From: Rhynchobatus australiae
Taxonomy: Eukaryota
Assembly: GCA_034780895.1 (NCBI GenBank)
Contig: JAUZTB010000127.1
Coordinates: 20,443,890-20,507,889, forward strand
Direction: 5' to 3'
Length of the DNA stretch: 64,000 bases
Under the pieces are notes generated by a model, which was not told the origin of the DNA, searched no databases, and was given only the letters and a program-made list of their open reading frames with translations. Both the position numbers and the translations under genes were made by a program. The first letter of the stretch is position 1; the number at the start of each line of letters is the position of its first letter. This document shows, in pieces, positions 63,506 to 64,000 of this stretch.

Positions 63506-64000
63506 GTGAGTAGTTAATATTAATTTGCTGGTCATGAATGTTGCTTGCAAGGTTAACATTTATTGCTTATTGGCCTTGAAGATCATGGCTAGTCACCTTC
63601 TTGAACCTTTGCTGTCCTTCCAGTGAAACTACTTCCACAGTGAGTAGCAAGTTCCGAGATTTGCCATTTAATCTGGATGCAGAAAAATAAAAATAAATAC
63701 CTTTGCTGCAACTGCAATGCACGTGCAGAGTAACTTCTGGGAATAGGAAATAATTTTAAGAATGCATAAAATTTGAAACCTTGAAGATCCTTCTCTGTAG
63801 ACAATCTTACATAATGTACGTTACAAATTTTCTATAAAACCTTTTGCAACACTTCCTAGCAATTTGTCAGTGTTGCTCTTTTTCACAGATTTATTCTAAC
63901 TGATGAAATGTATTAGGCTAATTTTACTATATTGTTAATTGTGATTGATATCTGTCTCTGAATCACACATTCTCAAGTGCTACGGTAGTCACCAGTCAAG

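Overview
Vertebrate genomic DNA, most likely a cartilaginous fish judging by its CR1, V-SINE, DeuSINE and Penelope repeats. The assembly is gappy and the ORF track is mostly noise, because the real genes are spliced. Two + strand genes lie in tandem, in the order I recall for human 16p12. (1) The 3' part of CCP110/CP110: 9 coding exons at 98-15116, with poly(A) signals near 15.9 kb. (2) VPS35L/C16orf62 (Retriever subunit): from a CpG-rich promoter and ATG at 19330 through exon 23 at 63442-63505, continuing past the window. Exon 8 and parts of exons 12 and 14 fall in N-gaps. Main observations: an 80-nt frame-switching CCP110 cassette exon feeding a last exon that codes in two frames; a U12-type VPS35L intron containing an ~830-nt purine-rich tract; a shifted VPS35L exon 9 donor; a hairpin, an in-frame upstream ATG and a start-stop uORF at the VPS35L 5' end; Penelope-type termini with minimal hammerhead-ribozyme architecture; an RTE LINE with a 5' inversion; and a solo LTR at the end of a CR1 fragment. 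Gene calls come from my own translation and remembered human protein sequences, not database searches. Repeat boundaries are approximate.
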